Source of the DNA: Patescibacteria group bacterium
GTDB lineage: Bacteria; Patescibacteriota; Minisyncoccia; Phycocordibacterales; UBA9973
Length of the DNA: 64,000 nt
Direction: 5' to 3'
Assembly: GCA_038063515.1 (NCBI GenBank)
Contig: JBBTUY010000006.1
Location: 26,505-90,504 of the forward strand
The position numbers and the translations under genes are program-made. The notes below the pieces were generated by a model, which worked only from the letters and a program-made list of their open reading frames with translations, had not been told where the DNA came from and ran no database searches. Below are positions 48,141 to 56,375 of this stretch, one piece after another; position 1 is the first letter of the stretch; each line of letters starts with the position of its first letter.

Positions 48141-48265
48141 AAAATAAGATTTACAAAAACCGAAATTTTTGTCGGTACAGATTTTTTGAAGCTTAAAAAA
48201 TCCTGAAACTCGCGGCTCGACAGCCGCGAGACCCCTTAAAAATTTGTTTTTGTAAATCTTATTTT
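48141..48265 (-). repeat. Family A palindromic element, copy A4
   Basis: Core nearly identical to A3; arms AAAATAAGATTTACAAAAAC / GTTTTTGTAAATCTTATTTT. Confidence 0.9.
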
Positions 48266-48315
48266 AATGCGAGCTTTGTTTACAAAAAGTTTTTGACTGT
48301 GATATATTTATCTAT

Positions 48316-48969
48316 ATGGATTACCAAGAACATAAAGACTACTTTAAAATGTCGTACCAAAATGGTGCAGACATTTGGACACACTTACCAAACAAGGTTA
48401 AAAGCATGAAGGACCTAGTGACACACATAGACTACGGCGCATCTATTTTAGACTTGGGCTCTGGTCGCGGACTTGTGGCAAAACACTTAGCTGAGATGGG
48501 TTTTAAGGTTACAGGTATTGATTTCGATAAAGATATAGTAGCTAAAACAAGTGAGGAGATAGAAAACTGGGGTCTCAAGGATAATTTAAAATTTCTCGAA
48601 GCTGACGTTTTCCACTTACCTTTCCCGGATGCAAGCTTTGATGCAGTTTGTGATATAGGACTATTACAAAATTTATATAAAGAAGATTGGGACAAGTATA
48701 TTATAGAAATAAATCGTGTTTTAAAACCAGGTGGCTTTTATGTAAATTTAACAGTATCAAGAAAAACAAAGACTTTCCTTGGATTCTCCCCTATCAATTC
48801 TTCTGATGGAGAGTACGACAATCTCGGGCTTCACTACCATTTCTTTGACACAGAAGAGCTTGAGAAGATATTTGGAGGTAATATGAAATTAATTAGTGAT
48901 CACACAGACTACATAGAGGAGCCTACAGAGCTCATGATGCTCCAGACTTTTTGGCAGAAAAATACCTAG
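48316..48969 (+). CDS. Class I SAM-dependent methyltransferase
   Basis: ILDLGSGRG, LPFPDASFDAV, RVLKPGG. Confidence 0.92.
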   Translation: MDYQEHKDYFKMSYQNGADIWTHLPNKVKSMKDLVTHIDYGASILDLGSGRGLVAKHLAEMGFKVTGIDFDKDIVAKTSEEIENWGLKDNLKFLEADVFHLPFPDASFDAVCDIGLLQNLYKEDWDKYIIEINRVLKPGGFYVNLTVSRKTKTFLGFSPINSSDGEYDNLGLHYHFFDTEELEKIFGGNMKLISDHTDYIEEPTELMMLQTFWQKNT

Positions 48970-48979
48970 TATTTATTTA

Positions 48980-49747
48980 ATGAAAATCATAAGTTGGAAT
49001 ACAAATGGCTTGCGTGCTACTGCGAAACAAGGATTCTTCATGCCTTTATTTGAAGATTTAAAGGTAGACATCTTGTGTCTCCAAGAGACTAAGGTAGAGC
49101 CAGATCAGCTGTCAGATAGTGTGCGAAATATACCAGGATACTATTCATATTTCTCTCATCCTAAAGTTAAAAAGGGCTACAGTGGAGTCGCTATCTATTC
49201 TAAGGAAAAACCAAAAGAAGTTTTCTATGGTATGGGAGTAAAAAAGCTAGATGATGAAGGCAGGCTCATCGGTGCCAAGTTTAAAAATTTCACCATTATA
49301 AATGGATATTTCCCAAACGGAGGTCAGGGGCCGGAGAGACTCAAATACAAGTTAGAATTTTACGAAGCGTTTTTAAAATTCATTTTAAAGCTTCGCAAAA
49401 ATGGTGAGAACGTCATCTTTTGTGGAGATGTAAACACAGCCCACGAAGCCATAGACCTCGCTCGTCCCAAGACCAATGAAGAAAATACAGGCTTTTTGCC
49501 CATAGAGCGTGCATGGATTACGAAAGTTGTTAAAAATGATTTTGTAGATATATGGAGAAATTTAAATAAAGACGCGAAAGACATGTATACCTACTGGGAT
49601 CAGAAGACTAGAGCTCGAGACAGAAATGTCGGCTGGCGTATAGATTACTTTTTTGTTGATAAAAAGATAATAAATAAAATTAAATCTACTGGCATGATAT
49701 CGAGCTACTTAGGTTCAGACCATTGCCCGATTTATTTAGAAATGTAA
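48980..49747 (+). CDS. xth: Exodeoxyribonuclease III (AP endonuclease)
   Basis: SWNTNGLRA, CLQETK, GYSGV, YFPNG, GDVNTAH, GWRIDYF, SDHCP. Confidence 0.96.
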   Translation: MKIISWNTNGLRATAKQGFFMPLFEDLKVDILCLQETKVEPDQLSDSVRNIPGYYSYFSHPKVKKGYSGVAIYSKEKPKEVFYGMGVKKLDDEGRLIGAKFKNFTIINGYFPNGGQGPERLKYKLEFYEAFLKFILKLRKNGENVIFCGDVNTAHEAIDLARPKTNEENTGFLPIERAWITKVVKNDFVDIWRNLNKDAKDMYTYWDQKTRARDRNVGWRIDYFFVDKKIINKIKSTGMISSYLGSDHCPIYLEM

Positions 49748-49757
49748 TAATGTTTTC

Positions 49758-50423
49758 ATGAGCCACACAAGATTAGAACAGCTTTCAGACGGTATTTTTG
49801 CCATCGTTATGACAGTCCTCGTTTTTCAGATCGAGCTACCTACTACCATCTGGGATCCTATAAGCAACAGACAGCTCTGGTCTGAGATCACAAATCTCTT
49901 ACCCCTTCTCTTAAGCTATATCCTTAGTTTCTCTCTTCTTTTTACGTACTGGCGAGCGCATCATTTCTTTATCTCGATCTATGCTAAAAACATAGACTCA
50001 CTCCTTACAAATATAAACGCACTTTTTTTCATGCTTCTCAGCCTTATACCATTCTCTGCGAGCATCTTAGGACAGTTTAGTAGTAACGAGCTTGCAATAG
50101 TGATCTTCGGAGTACACATCATACTCATCGGTCTTTGTCTCTACTGGATGAGGACATACGTACTGTACTCTGACCACATCAAAAATCCTGAGATAAGTAA
50201 AAAGGAAATCCGTGGCAGTACTATCCGCACCCTCATCCCTGTCACCTTTTCTCTCATCGCTATATTCCTCGCATTTATAAGTATAAAGCTCTCACTCACA
50301 CTATTTACTCTCGCTGTGATATTCAACCTTTCTTCTTACAGTACTGTTATATTTGAAAAAATTACAAAAACCATACACCACCTCTTATTTGGTGCTGATA
50401 CTAAAGGACATTTTGTTGATTAG
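49758..50423 (+). CDS. TMEM175-family (DUF1211) potassium channel
   Basis: RLEQLSDGIFAIVMT, SYILSF, YWRAHH. Confidence 0.9.
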   Translation: MSHTRLEQLSDGIFAIVMTVLVFQIELPTTIWDPISNRQLWSEITNLLPLLLSYILSFSLLFTYWRAHHFFISIYAKNIDSLLTNINALFFMLLSLIPFSASILGQFSSNELAIVIFGVHIILIGLCLYWMRTYVLYSDHIKNPEISKKEIRGSTIRTLIPVTFSLIAIFLAFISIKLSLTLFTLAVIFNLSSYSTVIFEKITKTIHHLLFGADTKGHFVD

Positions 50424-51207
50424 CTTTCTTTAATTCCGCATCACATCTCTTCGCCTCTGCCCAGGCAAGCTCAAAAATCTTTTTCATCGCATCTGCTATT
50501 TCATCACTTTCTATAGTAATACCAAGCTCTTCCTTCCATGACGCTATCATAATTTTATTATCATAAATATTTATTTCCGGAGAGAAAAGAAATTTGTCAT
50601 GTGGGACCATCGCTGTCTCTCGTAGCTGTTCTTTATCATGTTTACTTAATTCTACCCCGTCCTCCGTATACGGAAATATTGCTCGTATTTTTATACCTTT
50701 CTCTGCACGGCGATAAAAGTATTCTGGAAAATATCCAGGTAATGTTTCTTGCATGTTGTCATATGTAGCACAAGCTCGTATTTCTCCATGTGAGGAAAGT
50801 GTATCCTCATACACTTTTTTCAATCCCTCCTTTCCTTCGTAAAACATTATCTTCGGTCTGTTTTTTATATTATGTATCGATTTTAGTTGTGGCACGAGAG
50901 AATCCTGAACCTTTTTTAAGTCATTTTTCTTTTTCTCAAATTCCTTTTCTATATATGTATTGAGCTCGTCCGGTGAAAGTGCGACGTATTCTTGTTTCGG
51001 TTCTTTTCCCGAGAGTGTAACTAATCCTTTATCAAACAAAGAACTTAGTATGTCATATACGGTAGTTCTTGCTATGTGTGCACTACGGGCAATTTTCGAA
51101 GCTGTGCCTCTGCCAAGTGTAAGTATTGCAATGTATACTTCCGCTTCTTTATTGGAAAAGCCTATTTCTAAGAGAGGATTTTTAAGTTCATTTCTATCTT
51201 GAGACAT
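50401..51207 (-). CDS. TrmB-family transcriptional regulator
   Basis: GFSNKEAEVYIAIL, RTTVYDILSSL HTH, FYEGKEGL, EINIYDNKI. Confidence 0.9.
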   Translation of the reverse strand: MSQDRNELKNPLLEIGFSNKEAEVYIAILTLGRGTASKIARSAHIARTTVYDILSSLFDKGLVTLSGKEPKQEYVALSPDELNTYIEKEFEKKKNDLKKVQDSLVPQLKSIHNIKNRPKIMFYEGKEGLKKVYEDTLSSHGEIRACATYDNMQETLPGYFPEYFYRRAEKGIKIRAIFPYTEDGVELSKHDKEQLRETAMVPHDKFLFSPEINIYDNKIMIASWKEELGITIESDEIADAMKKIFELAWAEAKRCDAELKKANQQNVL

Positions 51208-51371
51208 ATGTATATTATAGTTATAAAATAAATTGTGTCAATCTTTTTCGACAAAATTAACCTTATTTTAATAAATCCTTTACTAAATATGAATATAATA
51301 CTTATTTTATTGACGAAATCTATTGACATTATCTATTTTTGTGACATAATCTTGCATAGAAAGGAGGAATT

Positions 51372-51503
51372 ATGAAAGAAGATTTGCAACCTAGCATTCT
51401 TCTAAGAGAATTACCGGTATTGCCGGTAATTCTCTGGACAAGAGCTCAGGAAAGCATCGCTTCCCTGTGGCTTGACCTAGCTCTCCCTAAGAAAGAGAGT
51501 TAG
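51372..51503 (+). CDS. Putative 43-aa peptide
   Basis: AAGGAGG SD upstream of ATG; MKEDLQPSILLRELPVLPVILWTRAQESIASLWLDLALPKKES*; followed by a GGGGGCA-GCAA-TGCCCCC hairpin. Confidence 0.4.
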   Translation: MKEDLQPSILLRELPVLPVILWTRAQESIASLWLDLALPKKES

Positions 51504-51595
51504 GTAAACCGGGGGCAGCAATGCCCCCTAAAATTTTAGGAAGGATAATAAAATTTAAAAATAATTTCGTGATATTATTAATTTAATAAAAAACT

Positions 51596-53368
51596 ATGCA
51601 AAAAAATTGTAATTTTTGTAAAAAAGATTTTGAAATACCAAAACAAGAACTTTCTTTTTATGAAAAGATAAATGTTCCCCTCCCCCAATTCTGCTCTGAC
51701 TGTCGACTTCAAAACAGAATGGTTTTTCGCAATGAACGAACTCTCTATAAAAGAAAATCAGATGCGCCAAACTCTACGGGAGAAATTTTCTCAATATTTT
51801 CACCAGACTCAGATCAAACAGTTTATGATCACAAGACATGGTGGGGAGATTCTTGGGATGCAATGAGCTACGGTGAGGAAATAGATTTTACTAAATCATT
51901 TTTTGAACAATTAAAAAGTTTATGGAGAAAAGTTCCTGATGTCGCACTTCTCAATATCAATCCTGTTAACAGTGATTACTGTAGTATAACTGAAGGGAAT
52001 AAAAATTGTTATTTAGTTGTAGGCGGAGACTTCAATGAAAATGTAATGTATTCAAGTTTTACATTTAATACTCGTGATAGTGTAGACCTACATTGGGTGT
52101 CTAAAAGTGATCTTTGTTATGAGAGTACTGACTGCACTTCTTGTTCAAAAGTTTTATATAGCAGACAATCAGAGTCATGTCTCGACTCTGCATTTTTATT
52201 TAATTGTAAAAATTCTAGTAATTGTTTTGGTTGTGTAAATTTACGCAATGCGCAGTACTGTTTTTTCAATGAACAGTTAGATAAGGAGACGTATGAAGCA
52301 AAAATGAAAAGTATCGACCTAACTTCTTTTTCTCAAGTAGAAGAATATAAGAAAAAATTTGAAGATTTTATTTTAAAATACCCACATAAATTTGCTCGTA
52401 TCATTAGATCAGTAAACTCTACTGGAGACAACCTAGAAGGAACAAAGAATTGTATAAATAGCTTTGACGTATTTGGTGGAGCAAAGGATTGTGGCAACAT
52501 TTGGCTTGCTTATTCTGAGGTGGGTGATTGTTATGACTGTGATCATTTTGGTAAAAATTCACAAGACTCTTATCAGACCTCTACTGTGTATCCTGGAAAT
52601 AAAGTTTTATTTTCAAGATTTATTTTTGAGTCTCATGATATTTCATACTCATACAACTGCCATAATTCTTCCAATCTTTTTGGTTGCGTAGGACTTCGTA
52701 ATAAAAATTATTGTATTTTCAACAAACAATATTCCAAAGAAGAATATATGGAGCTTGTAGAAAAATTAAAAGAGCATATGAATACCATGCCGTATGTAGA
52801 TAAGACAGGCGTACTATATGCATATGGTGACTTCTTCCCATCAGATCTTTCACCTTTTGGTTATAATGAAACAGTTGCACACGAGCTCTTCCCTCTTACG
52901 AAAGAAGAAGCAGAAAACAAAGGTTTTTCTTGGAGAGAAAAGCCTGTTCGTACCTACACTATAGACATACATTCGAAGGACTTATCAGATACATACGAGG
53001 GCGTGGATGAAAACATTCTCGAGAAAGTAATAGGTTGTATGCATGATGAGAATTGCGTACATCAATGTACAAAAGCTTTTCGATTTACTCAGAATGAATT
53101 TGATTTTTATAAAAAAATGAAAGTTCCTCTTCCTCGACTTTGCTATAACTGTAGATATCACGAAAGAATATTTAAAAGAAATCCAGTAAAATTATGGACA
53201 AGAATATGTGAATGTAGCGGAGAAAATTCTTCTAATGGAGTTTACAAAAATACTCGTAAACATGATCACGCAAGTGCACCATGTACTAATGAATTTGAAA
53301 CTCCCTATCCACCTACTAGTAAGGAGATAATATACTGCGAGAAGTGTTATCAGCAAGAAGTTTATTAG
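51596..53368 (+). CDS. Cys-rich repeat protein with terminal CxxC motifs
   Basis: CNFC, CSDC, repeated NCFGCVNLRN / LFGCVGLRN, CYNC, YCEKCYQQEV. Confidence 0.85.
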   Translation: MQKNCNFCKKDFEIPKQELSFYEKINVPLPQFCSDCRLQNRMVFRNERTLYKRKSDAPNSTGEIFSIFSPDSDQTVYDHKTWWGDSWDAMSYGEEIDFTKSFFEQLKSLWRKVPDVALLNINPVNSDYCSITEGNKNCYLVVGGDFNENVMYSSFTFNTRDSVDLHWVSKSDLCYESTDCTSCSKVLYSRQSESCLDSAFLFNCKNSSNCFGCVNLRNAQYCFFNEQLDKETYEAKMKSIDLTSFSQVEEYKKKFEDFILKYPHKFARIIRSVNSTGDNLEGTKNCINSFDVFGGAKDCGNIWLAYSEVGDCYDCDHFGKNSQDSYQTSTVYPGNKVLFSRFIFESHDISYSYNCHNSSNLFGCVGLRNKNYCIFNKQYSKEEYMELVEKLKEHMNTMPYVDKTGVLYAYGDFFPSDLSPFGYNETVAHELFPLTKEEAENKGFSWREKPVRTYTIDIHSKDLSDTYEGVDENILEKVIGCMHDENCVHQCTKAFRFTQNEFDFYKKMKVPLPRLCYNCRYHERIFKRNPVKLWTRICECSGENSSNGVYKNTRKHDHASAPCTNEFETPYPPTSKEIIYCEKCYQQEVY

Positions 53369-55021
53369 TTATTTCCTCACCCCATGCTTTTGGTGAAGTT
53401 TTGCTACTTCTTTTTCTTCGAGCTCTTCTTTTTTCTCTTTAGCACTATCTCCTAAGGCTTTTAATTCTTTGTCATTTAATTTATTCAGAGATAAGGTAAT
53501 TTCACTCAAATTCTCCACTGTGTTTTTAGTAGGATCATCGAGAACTTCTTCGAGGAGTGCATTTAAGATCCAGCCCATTCTTGGTCCTGGATTTATTTGT
53601 AATTCTTTCATCAGATACTCTCCATTTATTTTTAACTGTCCGACAGAGATCGGATCTCGGAGCGCCTCCTCTATCATGGCATGATATTTTCTTAGTCTGT
53701 ATGAAGTCTCTTTTTTATTTGTTCCTACTCTGTCGCATTCGCGGAGATTCATTAGGAGCCAGATATTTTCTTTACCAATTTTTGCAATTATCCTTCTCAC
53801 GGCAGAGAGTGTGATCTGCTCTGTGTCAGAGAAAAACATATGGTTTCGTACTAGCTTTTCTACGAGCTCAATTTCCTTTCGAGGGAATTTCAATCTCTCC
53901 ATAATCTTTTTTGTCATGCGTGCACTTACGACTTCATGTCCATAAAAAGTGTATTGCTTCTTCCCTACTCTACTCTCTTCTCTCCTGCTTCGTGGCTTGC
54001 CTATGTCATGGAAAAGCGCAGCGAGCCTCACTTCTTTTTGCCATTTCTTGTCTACTGCATGCTGGAGTCCATAGAGTAAATGATTCCATACATCATACAC
54101 ATGCTCGCCTGACTGCATACATCCTATTCCCTCTTCGAGTTCAGGAATAATATTTTTTAATAAATTAAATTTTTGTAGCAATACTATCCCCGCACTCGCA
54201 TTGTCTGACATTATTATCTTCACGAACTCTTCACGTATCCTTTCGGGGGATATTTTTTTTATTGAATCTGCATTTTTTAAAATACTTTCTGTCGTGTCAG
54301 ATGATATTGAGAAATCTAATTGTGTGGAAAAACGCACAGCACGTAAAATGCGAAGTGCATCTTCACTGAAACGTTCATCAGCATCCCCCACTGTCCGTAA
54401 GGTTTTATTATCTATGTCTTTTATGCCATCAAACATGTCTGTTATATGTCCTTTAATATAGGACATAGCATTTATGGTGAAATCACGTCTCTTAAGGTCT
54501 TCTTCTAGTGTTTCTGCGAACTTTATATTGTCTGGATGTCTAGAATCAGTATAATCTGTCTCTGTTCTGTATGGAGTGACTTCTACTATAAGGTACTTAT
54601 CTCTATTTAAAGGGTTATTTTCCTCTAATGTTACATGTGAAACACTCTCAGAGGACGTTTCATGTGTAACGTCATCTGTCTGTTTATCAGCTTCGCTTAG
54701 TAGTGTTACATGTGAAACAATCGGTATACCCTCTTTTGCTGAACCTTCGACAGGTATACCCTTCTCCGCTGAAGCTACTAAGGGCACGCACACAGCTACT
54801 GTGCCAAAGGTATTCTCATATACTGTCTTTTCAAACAGTCTGACGATCTCTTCAGGCTTAGCATTAGTAGTGATATCCCAGTCATTAGGTTCCCTGCTCA
54901 TAAGTAGATCACGCACACATCCACCGACTAAATACGCTTCAAAACCACCTTTTTCAAGTGTTTGTGTTACATGTGAAACCTCTTTTGGGATTTTATGGTC
55001 TAAATTCTTTAGAATATCCAT
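53369..55021 (-). CDS. cca: Class II tRNA nucleotidyltransferase (CCA-adding) with HD domain
   Basis: VGGCVRD, DWDITT, RRDFTINA, RFSEDALRILRAVRF, ERIREE, FHDIGKP; extra segment of about 60 aa before EVTPYR. Confidence 0.93.
   Translation of the reverse strand: MDILKNLDHKIPKEVSHVTQTLEKGGFEAYLVGGCVRDLLMSREPNDWDITTNAKPEEIVRLFEKTVYENTFGTVAVCVPLVASAEKGIPVEGSAKEGIPIVSHVTLLSEADKQTDDVTHETSSESVSHVTLEENNPLNRDKYLIVEVTPYRTETDYTDSRHPDNIKFAETLEEDLKRRDFTINAMSYIKGHITDMFDGIKDIDNKTLRTVGDADERFSEDALRILRAVRFSTQLDFSISSDTTESILKNADSIKKISPERIREEFVKIIMSDNASAGIVLLQKFNLLKNIIPELEEGIGCMQSGEHVYDVWNHLLYGLQHAVDKKWQKEVRLAALFHDIGKPRSRREESRVGKKQYTFYGHEVVSARMTKKIMERLKFPRKEIELVEKLVRNHMFFSDTEQITLSAVRRIIAKIGKENIWLLMNLRECDRVGTNKKETSYRLRKYHAMIEEALRDPISVGQLKINGEYLMKELQINPGPRMGWILNALLEEVLDDPTKNTVENLSEITLSLNKLNDKELKALGDSAKEKKEELEEKEVAKLHQKHGVRK
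54629..54980. promoter_or_regulatory. parS: Four parS-like sites inside cca
   Basis: TGTTACATGTGAAACA (54629-54644 and 54704-54719), CGTTTCATGTGTAACG (54656-54671), TGTTACATGTGAAACC (54965-54980); consensus parS is TGTTTCACGTGAAACA. Confidence 0.8.
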
Positions 55022-55028
55022 TTTTATG

Positions 55029-55100
55029 TGCCCCTGGAGAGAATCGAACTCCCATCCTTAGTTCCGAAGACTAATGCTCTATCCATTGAGCTACAAGGGC
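55029..55100 (-). tRNA. tRNA-Arg(TCG)
   Basis: GCCCTTG acceptor, TTAGT-CTTCGGA-ACTAA anticodon arm, GTTCGATT. Confidence 0.95.
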
Positions 55101-55248
55101 AAACCTAATTTATAATAATAGAATTATACACTTTTATATAAAATTTACAATCTGTGCTTATTTTACAAGCTTATTACGTGATTGCTTTAAGATAAATAAA
55201 ATATTATAATCTATGTGTTAATTTTTGTTTAGGTTTTGATTAATACAT

Positions 55249-55319
55249 GCGGCCATAGTTTAGTGGTAAAACGGGTCCTTGCCAAGGATCAGATTGGAGT
55301 CCGATTCTCCATGGCCGCA
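55249..55319 (+). tRNA. tRNA-Gly(GCC)
   Basis: GCGGCCA/TGGCCGC acceptor, GGTCC-TTGCCAA-GGATC anticodon arm; T-loop reads TCCGATT. Confidence 0.93.
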
Positions 55320-55366
55320 CAGAATATATAATTGTCCTTTAATCAGGTCTTGTTAAATAAGGATTT

Positions 55367-55406
55367 TGTGGATAAATGTGTATAACTCTGTTGATAATGT
55401 TTATAA
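55367..55406. promoter_or_regulatory. DnaA-box cluster remote from dnaA
   Basis: Co-oriented TGTGGATAA (55367), TGTGTATAA (55377), TGTTGATAA (55389), TGTTTATAA (55398). Confidence 0.65.
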
Positions 55407-55500
55407 AGGACAGGTCTTAAAGGTGTCTTTGAAGTCCATTTTTACCCAAATAGCTTGTTAAATAAGGATATTTTAGTAAAAGACAGGATTTTAGACAAAG

Positions 55501-55532
55501 TGTTTCACGTGAAACGTGTTACATGTGAAACT
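55501..55532. promoter_or_regulatory. parS: Tandem parS-like sites
   Basis: TGTTTCACGTGAAACG (15/16 match to consensus) followed directly by TGTTACATGTGAAACT. Confidence 0.85.
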
Positions 55533-55549
55533 AGATTAAAAATATTACT

Positions 55550-55948
55550 ATGCCAAAGGTATTTACCTCCGAAAAACAAAAAATAGGGGAATTAGGTGAG
55601 AATATGGCTGTAAAGTTCCTTGTGAAACAAGGATTTAAGGTTCTTGATAGAAATTATACTAAGAAATGGGGTGAAATAGACATAATAGCTAAAAAGGACT
55701 CCAAACTATACTTTATAGAGGTAAAAAGTGTTTCGTCTATTGTGAATCCTAATTCATCGTCAGATTATAGGGCAGAGGATAATATGCATCCGTGGAAAAT
55801 GCAGCGTTTATCAAGGACAATACAGACATATCTTTTAGAGAAAGATGTCGATGAAGACATAGAATGGCAGGTTGATCTTCTTGTGGTTTATTTAGATTTA
55901 AAAACCAATAAAGCAAAGGTGAAAGTGGTCAACGACATTATTTTATGA
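55550..55948 (+). CDS. YraN-family (UPF0102) putative endonuclease
   Basis: GELGENMAVKFL, RNY...GEIDIIA, FIEVKS. Confidence 0.92.
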   Translation: MPKVFTSEKQKIGELGENMAVKFLVKQGFKVLDRNYTKKWGEIDIIAKKDSKLYFIEVKSVSSIVNPNSSSDYRAEDNMHPWKMQRLSRTIQTYLLEKDVDEDIEWQVDLLVVYLDLKTNKAKVKVVNDIIL

Positions 55949-55972
55949 CCCATTCGACAGGCTCAGGGTCAT
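55945..55972. repeat. REP-like short palindrome at the yraN stop
   Basis: ATGACCC-ATTCGACAGGCTCA-GGGTCAT. Confidence 0.55.
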
Positions 55973-56051
55973 GGTCAAAAAAACAGAACCATGATATAGT
56001 AAATTATCTTCAAAGTTTAAGCGGGCTTGCCTGCCATAGCTTTAGCGAAGA

Positions 56052-56122
56052 CGGGCTGTAGTATACCGGTAGTACAAGCGCTTTGGGAGCGTTTAGACTG
56101 GGTTCGATTCCCAGCAGCCCGA
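56052..56122 (+). tRNA. tRNA-Pro(TGG)
   Basis: CGGGCTG/CAGCCCG acceptor, AGCGC-TTTGGGA-GCGTT anticodon arm, CTGGG-TTCGATT-CCCAG. Confidence 0.93.
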
Positions 56123-56266
56123 CAAGTCGGAATTGAACCGAGGTTCGAGTCACAATTTTTCTGCTGAAAAATCTCGCGACCCCGCCTCGCGTCGTCACGC
56201 TCCGGCTCTTTGATCAGGTCCCTGTCCCAATCAAAGCCCAGTAGCCCGACAGTTGGATGTTTTCAT

Positions 56267-56337
56267 GCGGGATTAGTTTAGTGGTAAAACGACAGTTTTC
56301 CAAACTGTAGTCAAGGGTTCGATTCCCTTATCCCGCA
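56267..56337 (+). tRNA. tRNA-Gly(TCC)
   Basis: GCGGGAT/ATCCCGC acceptor, ACAGT-TTTCCAA-ACTGT anticodon arm, GGTTCGATTCC. Confidence 0.95.
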
Positions 56338-56375
56338 CAATTAAGTACTATTTATTATTAAGTAACTTATCTATT

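Noticed and set aside
55349-55532. DnaA-box/parS locus as the true oriC
   Set aside because: The dnaA-dnaN spacer has the tandem box plus trio-like layout and canonical gene context, and no trio run is evident here; kept as an accessory cluster.
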